Part shown: positions 10,418-20,186 of the stretch, piece by piece | How the letters are laid out: every line of letters starts with the position of its first letter | How positions within the stretch are numbered: the stretch's first letter is position 1 | Source of the DNA: Octopus sinensis | Lineage: Eukaryota | Length of the DNA stretch: 24,994 nt | Assembly (NCBI RefSeq): GCF_006345805.1 | Contig: NW_021836515.1 | Coordinates: 1 to 24,994 of the forward strand | Direction: 5' to 3' | Made by a program: the position numbers and the translations under genes | Notes under the pieces: model-generated | What the model saw: only the letters and a program-made list of their open reading frames with translations | Database searches by the model: none | What the model was told of the DNA's origin: nothing

Positions 10418-10595
10418 TATATATATAAAGTTGTCTGTGTGTGTGGCAAGTTTGGTAGCCTTCAAATAACGCTATCTCCTCTGAGACCCTGCAGCGCAAG
10501 TTGACCAAGCTACATAATGCAAAATTTTTACTTTTTAAAACTTCCAATTCCAAAGAGTTGAAACAAACCCAAGCAACGCTGGGCGATACTGCTGG
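10418..10595 (+). mobile_element. Second, internally deleted Helitron-like copy, head-to-tail
   Basis: Same ends as copy 1 but lacking the equivalent of 10127-10331. Subterminal hairpin CCCAAGCAACGCTGGG and a CTGG|T end. Confidence 0.65.
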
Positions 10596-10619
10596 TATAT
10601 ATATAAAATGAAGAATTAT

Positions 10620-11029
10620 AGGCGCAGGAGTGGCTGTGTGGTAAGTAGCTTGGTAACCAACCACATGGTTCCGGGTTCAATCCCACTGCGTGGCATCTTG
10701 GGCAAATGTCTTCTGCTATAGCCCCGGGCCGACCAATGCCTTGTGAGTGGATTTGGTAGACGGAAACTGAAAGAAGCCTGTCGTATATATGTATATATAT
10801 ATATATATGTGTGTGTGTTTGTGTGCCTGTGTTTGTCCCCCTAGCATTGCTTGACAACCGATGCTGGTGTGTTTATGTCCCCGTCACTTAGCGGTTCAGC
10901 AAAAGAGACCGATAGAATAAGTACTGGGCTTACAAAGAATAAGTCCGGGGGCGATTTGCTCGACTAAAAGGCAGTGCTCCAGCATGGCCGCAGTCAAATG
11001 ACTGAAACAAGTAAAAGAGTAAAAGAGTA
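10620..11029 (+). mobile_element. SINE family 1, full length
   Basis: AGGCGCAGGAGTGGCTGTGTGG head, GGTTCAATCCC B box, (GTAAAAGA)n tail. Confidence 0.85.
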
Positions 11030-11496
11030 ATTTAGTAAACAAACTTGGTCATTATTATGCTGGTTTTTGGAACATAAAACATACAGATTTGATGGCAGGT
11101 CTTCAATTTAGAACATTTTAAAACAGCTAAGCAGGAGCTGGCAAGTAACCTGTTGTTATGGATGCCAGTGCATGGCCATACTGAAGCAGGGCGTCCAAAC
11201 ACAGCATATTACTTTTTACTTTTACTTTTACTTGTTGCAGTCATTTGACTGCGGCCATGCTGAAGCACCGCCTTTAGTCGAGCAAATCGATCCCAGGACT
11301 TATTCTTTGTAAGCCCAGTACTTATTCTATCGGTCTCTATTTGCCGAACCGCTAAGTGACGGGGACGTAAACACACCAGCATCGGTTGTCAAGCAATGCT
11401 AGGGGGACAAACACAGACACACAAACACACACACACACATACACACACACCACACACACATATATATATACATACATATATGTTCATACATATACA

Positions 11497-12125
11497 TTCG
11501 TGTTCAGTCCTTAATTGGTATATATAAATATTTTAATCTTCGGATTCTTTTTTAATATGCTAGACCACTGGTCTTAATTGATAAATATCAATTTCTACCC
11601 TTAATTAATTTTATATAAATAAATATGTTCTCTAACCGATAAATTAACTGCTGCTACTTATTAGCTGCAGTCTAGTTTTTCTCGGGTTCCAACGCGCCAA
11701 AGTAGAGACATTTGAAAGATATATTCAAATGTAATAGGCTGAACTCCATGCACGCGATATCTCGGTATCGTGTTTGCATCTAGTCCAGCAAATTACATTT
11801 ATAACGGACCATGCTGATGATGGCTGCAGTTTTCCTTGCGGAAAATAACAGCTGAAACTAATTTAGTACATGGGTAATTATTTTATTTCGTATATTTTTC
11901 ACTTGTTTATTGCTATGGTTTTGTGTTGAGTTTGATCTGAGAACATAATCTTTTGTGGTGAATGGCGATTTGACGTCTATATCTAGCATGTTGACTGTCC
12001 ACTTTTCGTGTTCAGTCCTTAATTGGTATATATAAATATTTTAATCTTCGGATTCTTTTTTAATATGCTAGACCACTGGTCTTAATTGATAAATATCAAT
12101 TTCTACCCTTAATTAATTTTATATA
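11497..12125 (+). mobile_element. Hammerhead-containing non-coding retroelement (retrozyme or Penelope pLTR-like) with 121-bp identical terminal direct repeats
   Basis: 11497-11617 equals 12005-12125 (offset 508). Internal HHR at 11809-11873, internal hairpins, no ORF in the track. Confidence 0.7.
11809..11873 (+). ncRNA. Type I hammerhead ribozyme (predicted)
   Basis: Stem I CCATG/CATGG. CTGATGA 11814-11820. Stem II GGCTG/CAGCT extended by TTTTCC-TTGC-GGAAAA. GAAA 11854-11857. Stem III ACTA/TAGT with ATT loop. GUA triplet with predicted cleavage after 11868. Confidence 0.85.
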
Positions 12126-12306
12126 TATATACATATATATATATACGACAGGCTTCTTTCAGTTTCCGTCTACCAAATCCACTCACAAGGCATTGGTCGG
12201 CCCGGGGCTATAGCAGAAGACACTTGCCCAAGGTGCCATGCAGTGGGACTGAACCCGGAACCATGTGGTTGGTAAGCAAGCTACTTACCACACAGCCACT
12301 CCTACA

Positions 12307-12342
<36 letters not shown>

Positions 12343-12345
<3 letters not shown>

Positions 12346-12509
12346 GACAGGCTTCTTTCAGTTTCCGTCTACCAAATCCACTCACAAGGCATTGGTCGGC
12401 CCGGGGCTATAGCAGAAGACACTTGCCCAAGGTGCCACGCAGTGGGACTGAACCCGGAACTATGTGGTTGGTTAGCAAGCTACTTACCACACAGCCACTC
12501 CTGCGCATA
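12343..12509 (-). mobile_element. SINE family 1, additional 5' half
   Basis: Near-identical to 12144-12310, separated from it by (TA)n. Confidence 0.85.
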
Positions 12510-12909
12510 TGTCAATCAACTAACCAGAAGACCTCTCTCAACTAGCACAGGCCCGAGATGGTTGCCATACGTGGGTTAAAAATTTCTGTCAAGCTCCGTC
12601 AGATGATGATGTGGGAAACAGGAACTGCATACCATAGAACTAAGGATAGAATCATGCAGATTGGAATCCAAAGTGGTAAGAGTATTACCTGAATGGTTTA
12701 CAATTCATTGGTTCCCCGCACAGAAATGTAGTAGCCGTTGATTTACCGTGAAGTTCTCATGCAACAGGCATTTCAGTGTATCATTCTCCCAGTCATACAC
12801 ACATACATACTGATATATAAGCAGACAGATATATATATATATATATAGGTTTAGATATGTATATATATATATAGGTTTAGATATGTATATATATATATAT
12901 GTTTATATG

Positions 12910-12948
<39 letters not shown>

Positions 12949-13030
12949 TGAGTCATATGCCAAAGTATACCCTCAGACACGTGCTACCACATGCAATAAT
13001 ATGTACATGAGTCTTTGTGTAGGTACGTAT

Positions 13031-13070
<40 letters not shown>

Positions 13071-13098
13071 GTATTATATATTAATTAATAATAATAAT

Positions 13099-13207
13099 AT
13101 TAGGGAATAAATCCAAACTTACAGGGAAAAATTAGATTTAGGATTAAATCCAATTTTATACTATAAATATATTATATTATATTATATTAAATTAGAGATA
13201 AAACCAC

Positions 13208-13211
<4 letters not shown>
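13099..13211. repeat. AT-rich dispersed repeat fragment related to 20187-20670
   Basis: ATTATATTAAATTAGAGATAAAACCACTATT (13181-13211) is the exact reverse complement of 20640-20670. Confidence 0.6.
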
Positions 13212-13273
<62 letters not shown>

Positions 13274-13569
13274 GTATGCACATATATATATATATGCATA
13301 TTATATATGTATGTATATATATGTGTGTATGTATGAGTGTATATATTTATATATACATATGCACACACATACACACTCATATATATATTCATAAAATAAG
13401 GATAAAAATCACGTTAATGATAATTACCAAGTAGTCAGCATGGAAATAAGCAATTTAAATACTAAATTAATAATTATATATAATTATATATATATATATA
13501 TATATAGCTTCATAATGCTTGGACATTAATTCAGTATGGAAGAGATAAGTTTTGTTTTGAATTCATTTT

Positions 13570-14550
13570 ATACATACATACATATATACATACATACATG
13601 CATACAAACATACATACATAAAAACATTCATACATATATACATACATGCATGCATACATACATACATACATACACACATACATACATGCATGCATACATA
13701 CATACATACATACATACACACATACATACATGCATGCATACATACATAATACATACATACATACACACAAACACACACATACATACATACATACACACAT
13801 ACAAACATACATACATACACACATACATACATACATACACACACACATACATGCATGCATGCATACATACATACATACATACATACATACACACAAACAC
13901 ACACATACATACATACATACACACACATACATACATACATACACACAAACACACATACATGCATACATACATACACACATGCATACATATATACACACAC
14001 ACATACATGCATGCATGCATACATACATACATACATACATACATACACACAAACACACACATACATACATACATACACACACATACATACATACATACAC
14101 ACAAACACACATACATGCATACATACATACACACATGCATACATATATACACACACACATACATGCATGCATGCATACATACATACACACATACACGCAT
14201 ACATACATACACATGCATACTTACAGACACATATGTACTTACACATACACAAACCTATATGCATGCATATATACACATGCATACATGTACATAATATGTA
14301 TATATATATATTTGTATATATACACACACACACATACATAAATACAGGAATATACACAAATATACATAAACACACACACATATACACACACGCACACACA
14401 TACCAAAACGTGCATAAACACATACAGACACACTCAAATATACATACTTATAAACACACACACGTCTGTTTAGGCACACACACATATACATACACACGCA
14501 ACACAGAAACACTCACACACATTCACACGTGCATAACTACATACACATAG
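13570..14550. repeat. (TACA)n-based compound satellite with a 156-bp higher-order duplication
   Basis: CATATATACACACACACATACATGCATGCATGC occurs at 13986 and 14142. Confidence 0.85.
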
Positions 14551-14798
14551 GTACCCCATAAATAGTGAGGGTAGGTGTGTTTGGGTGTGTGGGGGGGGTT
14601 CTGATAGAAAAGGGTTCAGATTGCATTGAGTTTGGCTGAAGTGGGGAGTGGCAGGGATGGAGAGCTACTTGCCATCATGGAATGCTGATACTTTTACACA
14701 CACAAAGACATAATCTTTATCATGCATACATTCAAATATACATGTGTACATGTATATATATGCATACATATACATATATATGTATATATATATGTGTG

Positions 14799-14852
<54 letters not shown>

Positions 14853-15072
14853 CATACATATATATATATACATATATACATAGATATATACATATATAAA
14901 TATATATACATACACACTTATATACGTACATGCACGCACATGCTTGTGTGTATATCTTCTTTCTCACACGAGCATTGTAATCATGAGCCTACTGTTTCGA
15001 TGAAGGATTTATCTCAGCTTGGAATAAAAATAAATATGTGATTGTGTGTGTGTGTGTGTGAGAGAGTGGGTG

Positions 15073-15111
<39 letters not shown>

Positions 15112-15369
15112 ATAGAAAAAGAGAGAGAGACAGGCATGTATTGTGTGTTTATGTGTATGTATGTATAAGTGTATGTGTATATATATATATATATATATAT
15201 AAACAAAGATAAATGCGATACAATAAAATTAATTATAATCGCCGGTGTACCAGTACACGCCATATATTATACATATATCATTACATTCAAGGCGAAGAGT
15301 GCACTAGATACACAATAGCTGGATAAATTTAGTGAGATGAAAATTAAAAACTTTTACAAACTTAACTTT

Positions 15370-15442
15370 TCTTATACTGCAGTTTCGCCAAATTCAGTAA
15401 TAAAAATAGTATTTATTTACTCAGGCTGGCTCTTCAGTAAGA
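15370..15442 (-). ncRNA. Minimal type I hammerhead ribozyme (predicted)
   Basis: Minus strand reads TCTTA-CTGAAGA-GCCA...TGGC-GAAAC-TGCA-GTA-TAAGA: 5-bp stem I, G10.1-C11.1 stem II, 2-bp stem III with palindromic loop, GUA triplet. Confidence 0.85.
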
Positions 15443-15667
15443 TTCCTGTTAATGATGGGAAGACCATATCAATAGACCCATGTGCGTCTGTGTGTGTGTG
15501 TGTGTGTGTATGTGTGTGCGTGTGTGTGTGTGTGTGTGAGTGGGCGTGTGTGTGTGTGTATAAATATATATATATATATAGAGAGAGAGAGTGAGAGAGA
15601 GAGGCATGTATTATGTGTGAGTGTATGATGTATGACAGATGTGTGTTTGTGTGCATGTGTATGTATG

Positions 15668-15698
<31 letters not shown>

Positions 15699-15706
15699 TG
15701 TGTGGA

Positions 15707-15755
<49 letters not shown>

Positions 15756-15815
15756 ATATATATATATATTTACTTACTATATATATATGTGTGTGTGTAT
15801 ATATATATATATATC

Positions 15816-15846
<31 letters not shown>

Positions 15847-16166
15847 CATACATATATATATATACATATATACATAGATATATACATATATAAATATATA
15901 TACATACACACTTATATACGTACATGCACGCACATGCTTGTGTATATCTTCTTTCTTCTCACACGAGCATTGTAATCATGAGCCTATACTGTTTCGATGA
16001 AGGATTTATCTCAGCTTGGAATAAAAATAAATATGTGATTGTGTGTGTGTGTGTGTGAGAGAGTGGGTGTATATATTATATATATATAATATATTATATA
16101 TATATATATAGAAAAAGAGAGAGAGACAGGCATGTATTGTGTGTTTATGTGTATGTATGTATAGTG

Positions 16167-16198
<32 letters not shown>

Positions 16199-16361
16199 AC
16201 AAAGATAAATGGCGATACAATAAAATTAATTATAATCGCCGGTGTACCAGTACACGCCATATATTATACATATATCATTACATTCAAGGCGAGAGTGCAC
16301 TAGAACACACTAGCTGGATATTTAGTGAGATGAAAATTAAAAACTTTTACAACTTAACTTT

Positions 16362-16433
16362 TCTTATACTGCAGTTTCGCCAAATTCAGTAATAAAAATA
16401 GTATTTATTTACTCAGGCTGGCTCTTCAGTAGA
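16362..16433 (-). ncRNA. Duplicate minimal hammerhead ribozyme (predicted)
   Basis: Same as 15370-15442 except for a 1-nt deletion in stem I (TCTA instead of TCTTA). Confidence 0.7.
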
Positions 16434-16709
16434 TTCCTGTTAAGATGGGAAGACCTATCAATAGACCCATGTGCGTCTGTGTGTGTGGTGTGTGTGTAGT
16501 GTTGTGCGTGTGTGTGTGTGTGTGTGAGTGGGCGTGTGTGTGTGTGTATAAATAAATATATATATATAATAGAGAGAGAGAGTGAGAGAGAGAGGCATGT
16601 ATTATGTGTGAGTGTATGATGTATGACAGATGTGTGTTTGTGTGCATGTGTATGTATGTATATATATATATATATATATATGTTGTGTGTGTGTGTGATT
16701 GTGTGTGTG

Positions 16710-16744
<35 letters not shown>

Positions 16745-16983
16745 ATATATATATATATATGTGTGTGTATATATATATATATTTACTTATATATTATATG
16801 TGTGTGTGTGTGTGTATGGTGAAGAATTTCCATCTGCAACTGTTTGAAGAATACCAATCTCCAAGAAGGAAGGAACCACCCTCTTTCTCTCCTTCCTCTT
16901 CTTGACAAGTGTATTAATTTGATTTACCATCCATATTCCGTGTTTTGTTCTTATTTATATATACAATAATACAATTAGAATGA

Positions 16984-17306
16984 AGGTGCATGGCTCAGTG
17001 GTTAGAGTGTCAAGCTTACAATCGTGAGGTTGTGAGTTCGAATCCTGGACTAAACTGCGCGTTGTGTTCTTGAACAAGACACTTTATTTCATGTTGTTCC
17101 AGTTCACTCAACTGTAGAAGTCATGGATGTCAAGCTGTATCGGCCCCTTTGCCTTTCCCTTGGATAACACAGGTGGCATGGAAAGGGGCAGGCCGGTATG
17201 CACAGGTGACCTCTGGTCTTCCATAAACAACCTTGCCCAGACCTGTGCCTGGGAGGCTAACTTTCTAGGTGCAATCCCACGGTCAGTCATGACTGAAGGG
17301 GGTCTC
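16984..17306 (+). mobile_element. tRNA-derived SINE (another family, CORE-like)
   Basis: A box TGGCTCAGTGG (16991-17001), B box GTTCGAATCC (17036-17045), then GTGTTCTTGAACAAGACACTT. I see no acceptor stem, so it is not called a tRNA gene. Confidence 0.8.
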
Positions 17307-17388
17307 AGCAACTACAATTAGACATCATTTTTAACGACATGGTACCAGTTAGTTTCATATCAAATTATGTCCAAGACCACCAGACTGA

Positions 17389-17530
17389 CCCTGTAGCATT
17401 CAGACTGGTCAAATCCAGCCCAAATATTCTACCTTGTTCTATATGCAAACCAACCAGATTGGACCTCTCAGGCATACACTACAATGTCATTCTAAATATG
17501 AAGAAACATTTCATCAGAATCTCAAAGCTA
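17389..17530 (+). mobile_element. Degenerate partial copy of the TTAA MITE at 19130-19349
   Basis: CCCTGTAGCATTCAGA start and shared CAATGTCATTCTAAA motif. Confidence 0.55.
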
Positions 17531-17549
17531 TGGGGTAATCCTTTCTATT

Positions 17550-17750
17550 AAAGGCACAAGGACTGAAATTTTGCGGGAGGGGACTAGTCGATTGCATCAA
17601 CCCCAGTGTTTTACTGGTACTTAATTTATCGACCCCGAAAGGATGAAAGGCAAAGTCAACCTCGGCAGAATTTGAACAGAGAACGTAGCAATGGGTGAAA
17701 TACCACTTAGCACCTTGTTTGTCCAGCATGCTAACGATTCTGCCACCTTA
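17550..17750 (-). mobile_element. SINE family 2, near full length
   Basis: Reverse complement of head and body (GCTAACGATTCTGCCA...; GGCAAAGTCAACCTCGGCAGAATTTGAAC). Confidence 0.75.
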
Positions 17751-17862
17751 ATGATAATAATAATGATAATAATAATAATAATAATCCTTTCTACTAAAGA
17801 CACAAAGCCTGAAATTTGGGGGAAGCAGACTAGTTGATGATGAGGATGATCAAGATTATGAT

Positions 17863-17897
<35 letters not shown>

Positions 17898-17899
<2 letters not shown>

Positions 17900-18130
17900 T
17901 CATCATCGTTTAGCGTCCGCTTTCCATGCTAGCATGGGTTGGACGGTTCAACTGGGGTCTGGGAAGCCAGAAGGCTGTACCAGGCCCAGTCTGATCTGGC
18001 AGTGTTTCTACGGCTGGATGCCCTTCCTAAAGCCAACCACTCTGTGAATGTAGTGGGTGCTTTTTACGTGCCACCGGCACAGGTGCCAGACAAGGCTGGC
18101 AAACAGCCACGATCAGATGGTGCTTTTTAC
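17898..18130 (-). mobile_element. 3' end of a retroposon with (GAT)n tail, RTE-like
   Basis: Minus strand ends GGACGCTAAACGATGATGATG and contains GGTTGGCTTTAGGAAGGGCATCCAG. The clade assignment is from recognition only. Confidence 0.5.
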
Positions 18131-18162
18131 ATATATATACATGTATATACACCTCAGGCAAG

Positions 18163-18241
18163 AGTTTTCTACTATAGCCTCAGGCCGACCAAAGCCTTGT
18201 GAGTAGATTTGATAGACGGAAACTGAAAGAAGCCCGTCGTA
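18163..18241 (+). mobile_element. SINE family 1 internal fragment
   Basis: TTCTACTATAGCCTCAGGCCGACC...GAAAGAAGCCCGTCGTATAT. Confidence 0.75.
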
Positions 18242-18382
18242 TATATATATATATATATATATACACAAGGTGGGGAAGCAAAATTTACAATATTTTGAGG
18301 CAGGGATTGAAAGACAGTGTATGACCAGTTAGTTTATTGAAAGTCATGAGAATTTATTTGCCACAAGAAAATTTACATAATG

Positions 18383-18780
18383 CTCTTTCTCTCTTTTACT
18401 CTTTTACTTGTTTCAGTCATTTGACTGCGGCCATGCTGGAGCACCGCCTTTAGTCAAGCAAATCGACCCTGGGACTTATTCTTTTGTAAGCCCAGTACTT
18501 ATTCTATCGGTCTCTTTTGCCGAAACGCTAAGTGACGGGGACGTAAACACACCAACATCGGTTGTCAAGCAATGCTAGGGAGACAAACACATACACACGC
18601 ATATATATGTATACATATATACGACAGGCTTCTTTCAGTTTCCGTCTACCAAATCCACTCACAAGGCATTGGTCGGCCCGGGGCTATAGCAGAAGACACT
18701 TGCCCAAGATGCCTCGCAGTGGGACTGAACCTGGAACCATGTGGTTGGTTAGCAAGCTACTTACCACACAGCCACTCCTG
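18383..18780 (-). mobile_element. SINE family 1 nested in the 3' UTR of the maT element
   Basis: Nearly full SINE between the transposase end and the TIR-proximal region. Confidence 0.85.
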
Positions 18781-18789
18781 AAAACGTTT

Positions 18790-20026
18790 TTAGTCTATGT
18801 CCTCCTTCTTTCTCAATAACTGCCTTCGCATGCTTCCTAAAACATGCACAAATGTTCCTCAAATATTCGTGTGACAACTTCTATTCTTCTTTAATAGTAT
18901 CTTTAAGAGAGTCGACATTGCTGTGTGATGTTCTATTGGTAGCATATTCTAAAACCCACCAAATAGCACGACCCAGAGAGTTTAGATCTGGGCTAGAAGG
19001 CGGCCATAAACATGATTCCAAAAAAATTGCTAAAGTTGGATTTGCAGTAATCTTGTATTTTTCTAGCTGTGTGGGTTGCAGCACCATCCTATGTCCATAC
19101 ATAATTACCATCTGTGCAGTTTGCTTTAACCCTTTAGTGTTTAAACCGGCTATATCCGGCCTATATATTCTGCTCGTTTTATGCTCAAACTGGCCAGAAC
19201 CAGTATCTCACACTTACCCTGCAATGTCATTCTAAAAATAAACCATTACATCTTTCAAATTTTGAAGCTACAAGATAATACCAGATTAATTTTTTTAAAT
19301 GTAAATGAATAAAGATTACTATTGACATATTAATTTGAACGCTAAAGGGTTAAGCCATGGCAATACCTGGTATCTCAGAGTCTTGTAGTAAGTATTAATA
19401 TTGATCTTTTCATCAGCTTTGTAGAATTTTATAGGCATTTTCTTTCCATCGGAAGCCACAACACCAAAAGCCATAACTTGAACAGGATCTTTTGTTATGA
19501 ATATCCCCTTAACCTCAGCTGTTGATTTTTCGATAAATCTGTCATTTCTGCTGTTCAGAACAACATCGACAGTGAAGATCTTTTCATCTGAAAAGATTGT
19601 TACAATGGAGGACTTTTTCTTGAACCATGCAATAATTTTCTTGCACCTCTCCAATCTCTTTTCCTTCATATCTGTTGTCAACAGGTGTTTTGGTGTTCTT
19701 GTGTAAGATTTTAACCTCAAATCATAATTTACTGCATTCCTAATGGTCTTCTTGTCTACCTTAAGTTCAATTGCCATTTTTCTCATGGATTTGGTTGGAT
19801 CCTTTAGGATTTTGGATTTGAGAGCTTTAATAAAAGCTTTGGTACGTTTATTGTTGATTCCTCAACTTCCAGACTTTCTCGTAATAGTTTTGCTCATAGT
19901 CATTCTATTCTTTATATTATAAACAGTCTTTATGGACACTCCAACTATCCTTGAAATCTCCTTTGGTGTGACGACTGCATTCAGCAAATCACACTCTCTT
20001 TGACTTTTGCTTTCCTGATTACTCAA
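18790..20026 (-). pseudogene. DD37D/maT transposase pseudogene
   Basis: N-terminal HTH-like region, IFSDEKIF, VWT*DGAATH and WPPSSPDLNSLG motifs, with 37 residues between D2 and the expected D3 (now G). Lesions: TTG at the inferred start, TGA at 19862-19864, MITE insertion, TAG before D2, frameshift at the A7 run 19020-19026, TAG at ~18881. Confidence 0.9.
19130..19349. mobile_element. 220-bp MITE with TTAA target-site duplication (piggyBac-like)
   Basis: TTAA at 19126-19129 and 19350-19353. TIRs CCCTTTAGTGTTTAAA and TTTGAACGCTAAAGGG (14/16). Removing it restores the frame PWL-KAN. Confidence 0.9.
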
Positions 20027-20186
20027 ATGGGCAAAAGTTTCTGAAAAGGTAAGGATAATAGTGTTAGGTAAGCTTATGACATCAATATATGCTAGGTTTC
20101 AAAACAATTGACTTAGTGTCTGCTGAGAAAAAACAACTTAATGTTCATTGTAAATTTTGCTTCCCCACCCTGTTATATATATATAT

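Larger units (their letters stand above)
11209..12310 (-). mobile_element. SINE family 1 split by the 11497-12125 insertion (3' half 11209-11496, 5' half 12126-12310)
   Basis: The two halves are co-oriented and complementary, and the insertion lies in the central microsatellite of the SINE. Confidence 0.8.
14850..16800. repeat. ~0.99-kb tandem duplication (two copies)
   Basis: Unique markers are offset by 992-996 bp (TAGATA 14881/15875, AAAGATAAATG 15205/16201, GCAGTTTCGCC 15379/16371). Confidence 0.9.
18266..20172 (-). mobile_element. Complete but dead Tc1/mariner element, DD37D (maT/Bmmar1-like)
   Basis: 26-bp TIRs at 18266-18291 and 20147-20172 (25/26 identical), flanked by (TA)n. About 1.28 kb after removing the two nested insertions. 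Confidence 0.9.

Noticed and set aside
12594-12675. Possible 82-bp exon (AG at 12592-12593, GTAAGA at 12676; LRQMMMWETGTAYHRTKDRIMQIGIQS)
   Set aside because: Weak polypyrimidine tract, no recognisable protein and no partner exons. RNA-seq would be needed to support it.
13531-14550. ORFs over 200 aa
   Set aside because: Translation of the (TACA)n satellite.
14985-15022. Minus-strand CTGA-GAT...ATC-GAAAC resembling a hammerhead (also at ~15985-16020)
   Set aside because: Lacks the NGA of the core, and stems I and III do not pair.
16984-17050. tRNA gene
   Set aside because: A and B boxes are good, but I see no acceptor stem and the sequence runs into a SINE body.
17108-17321. Short ORFs on both strands
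   Set aside because: They lie entirely within a SINE.
18852-19706. Plus-strand ORFs of 127 and 69 aa
   Set aside because: Antisense shadows of the transposase pseudogene and MITE.
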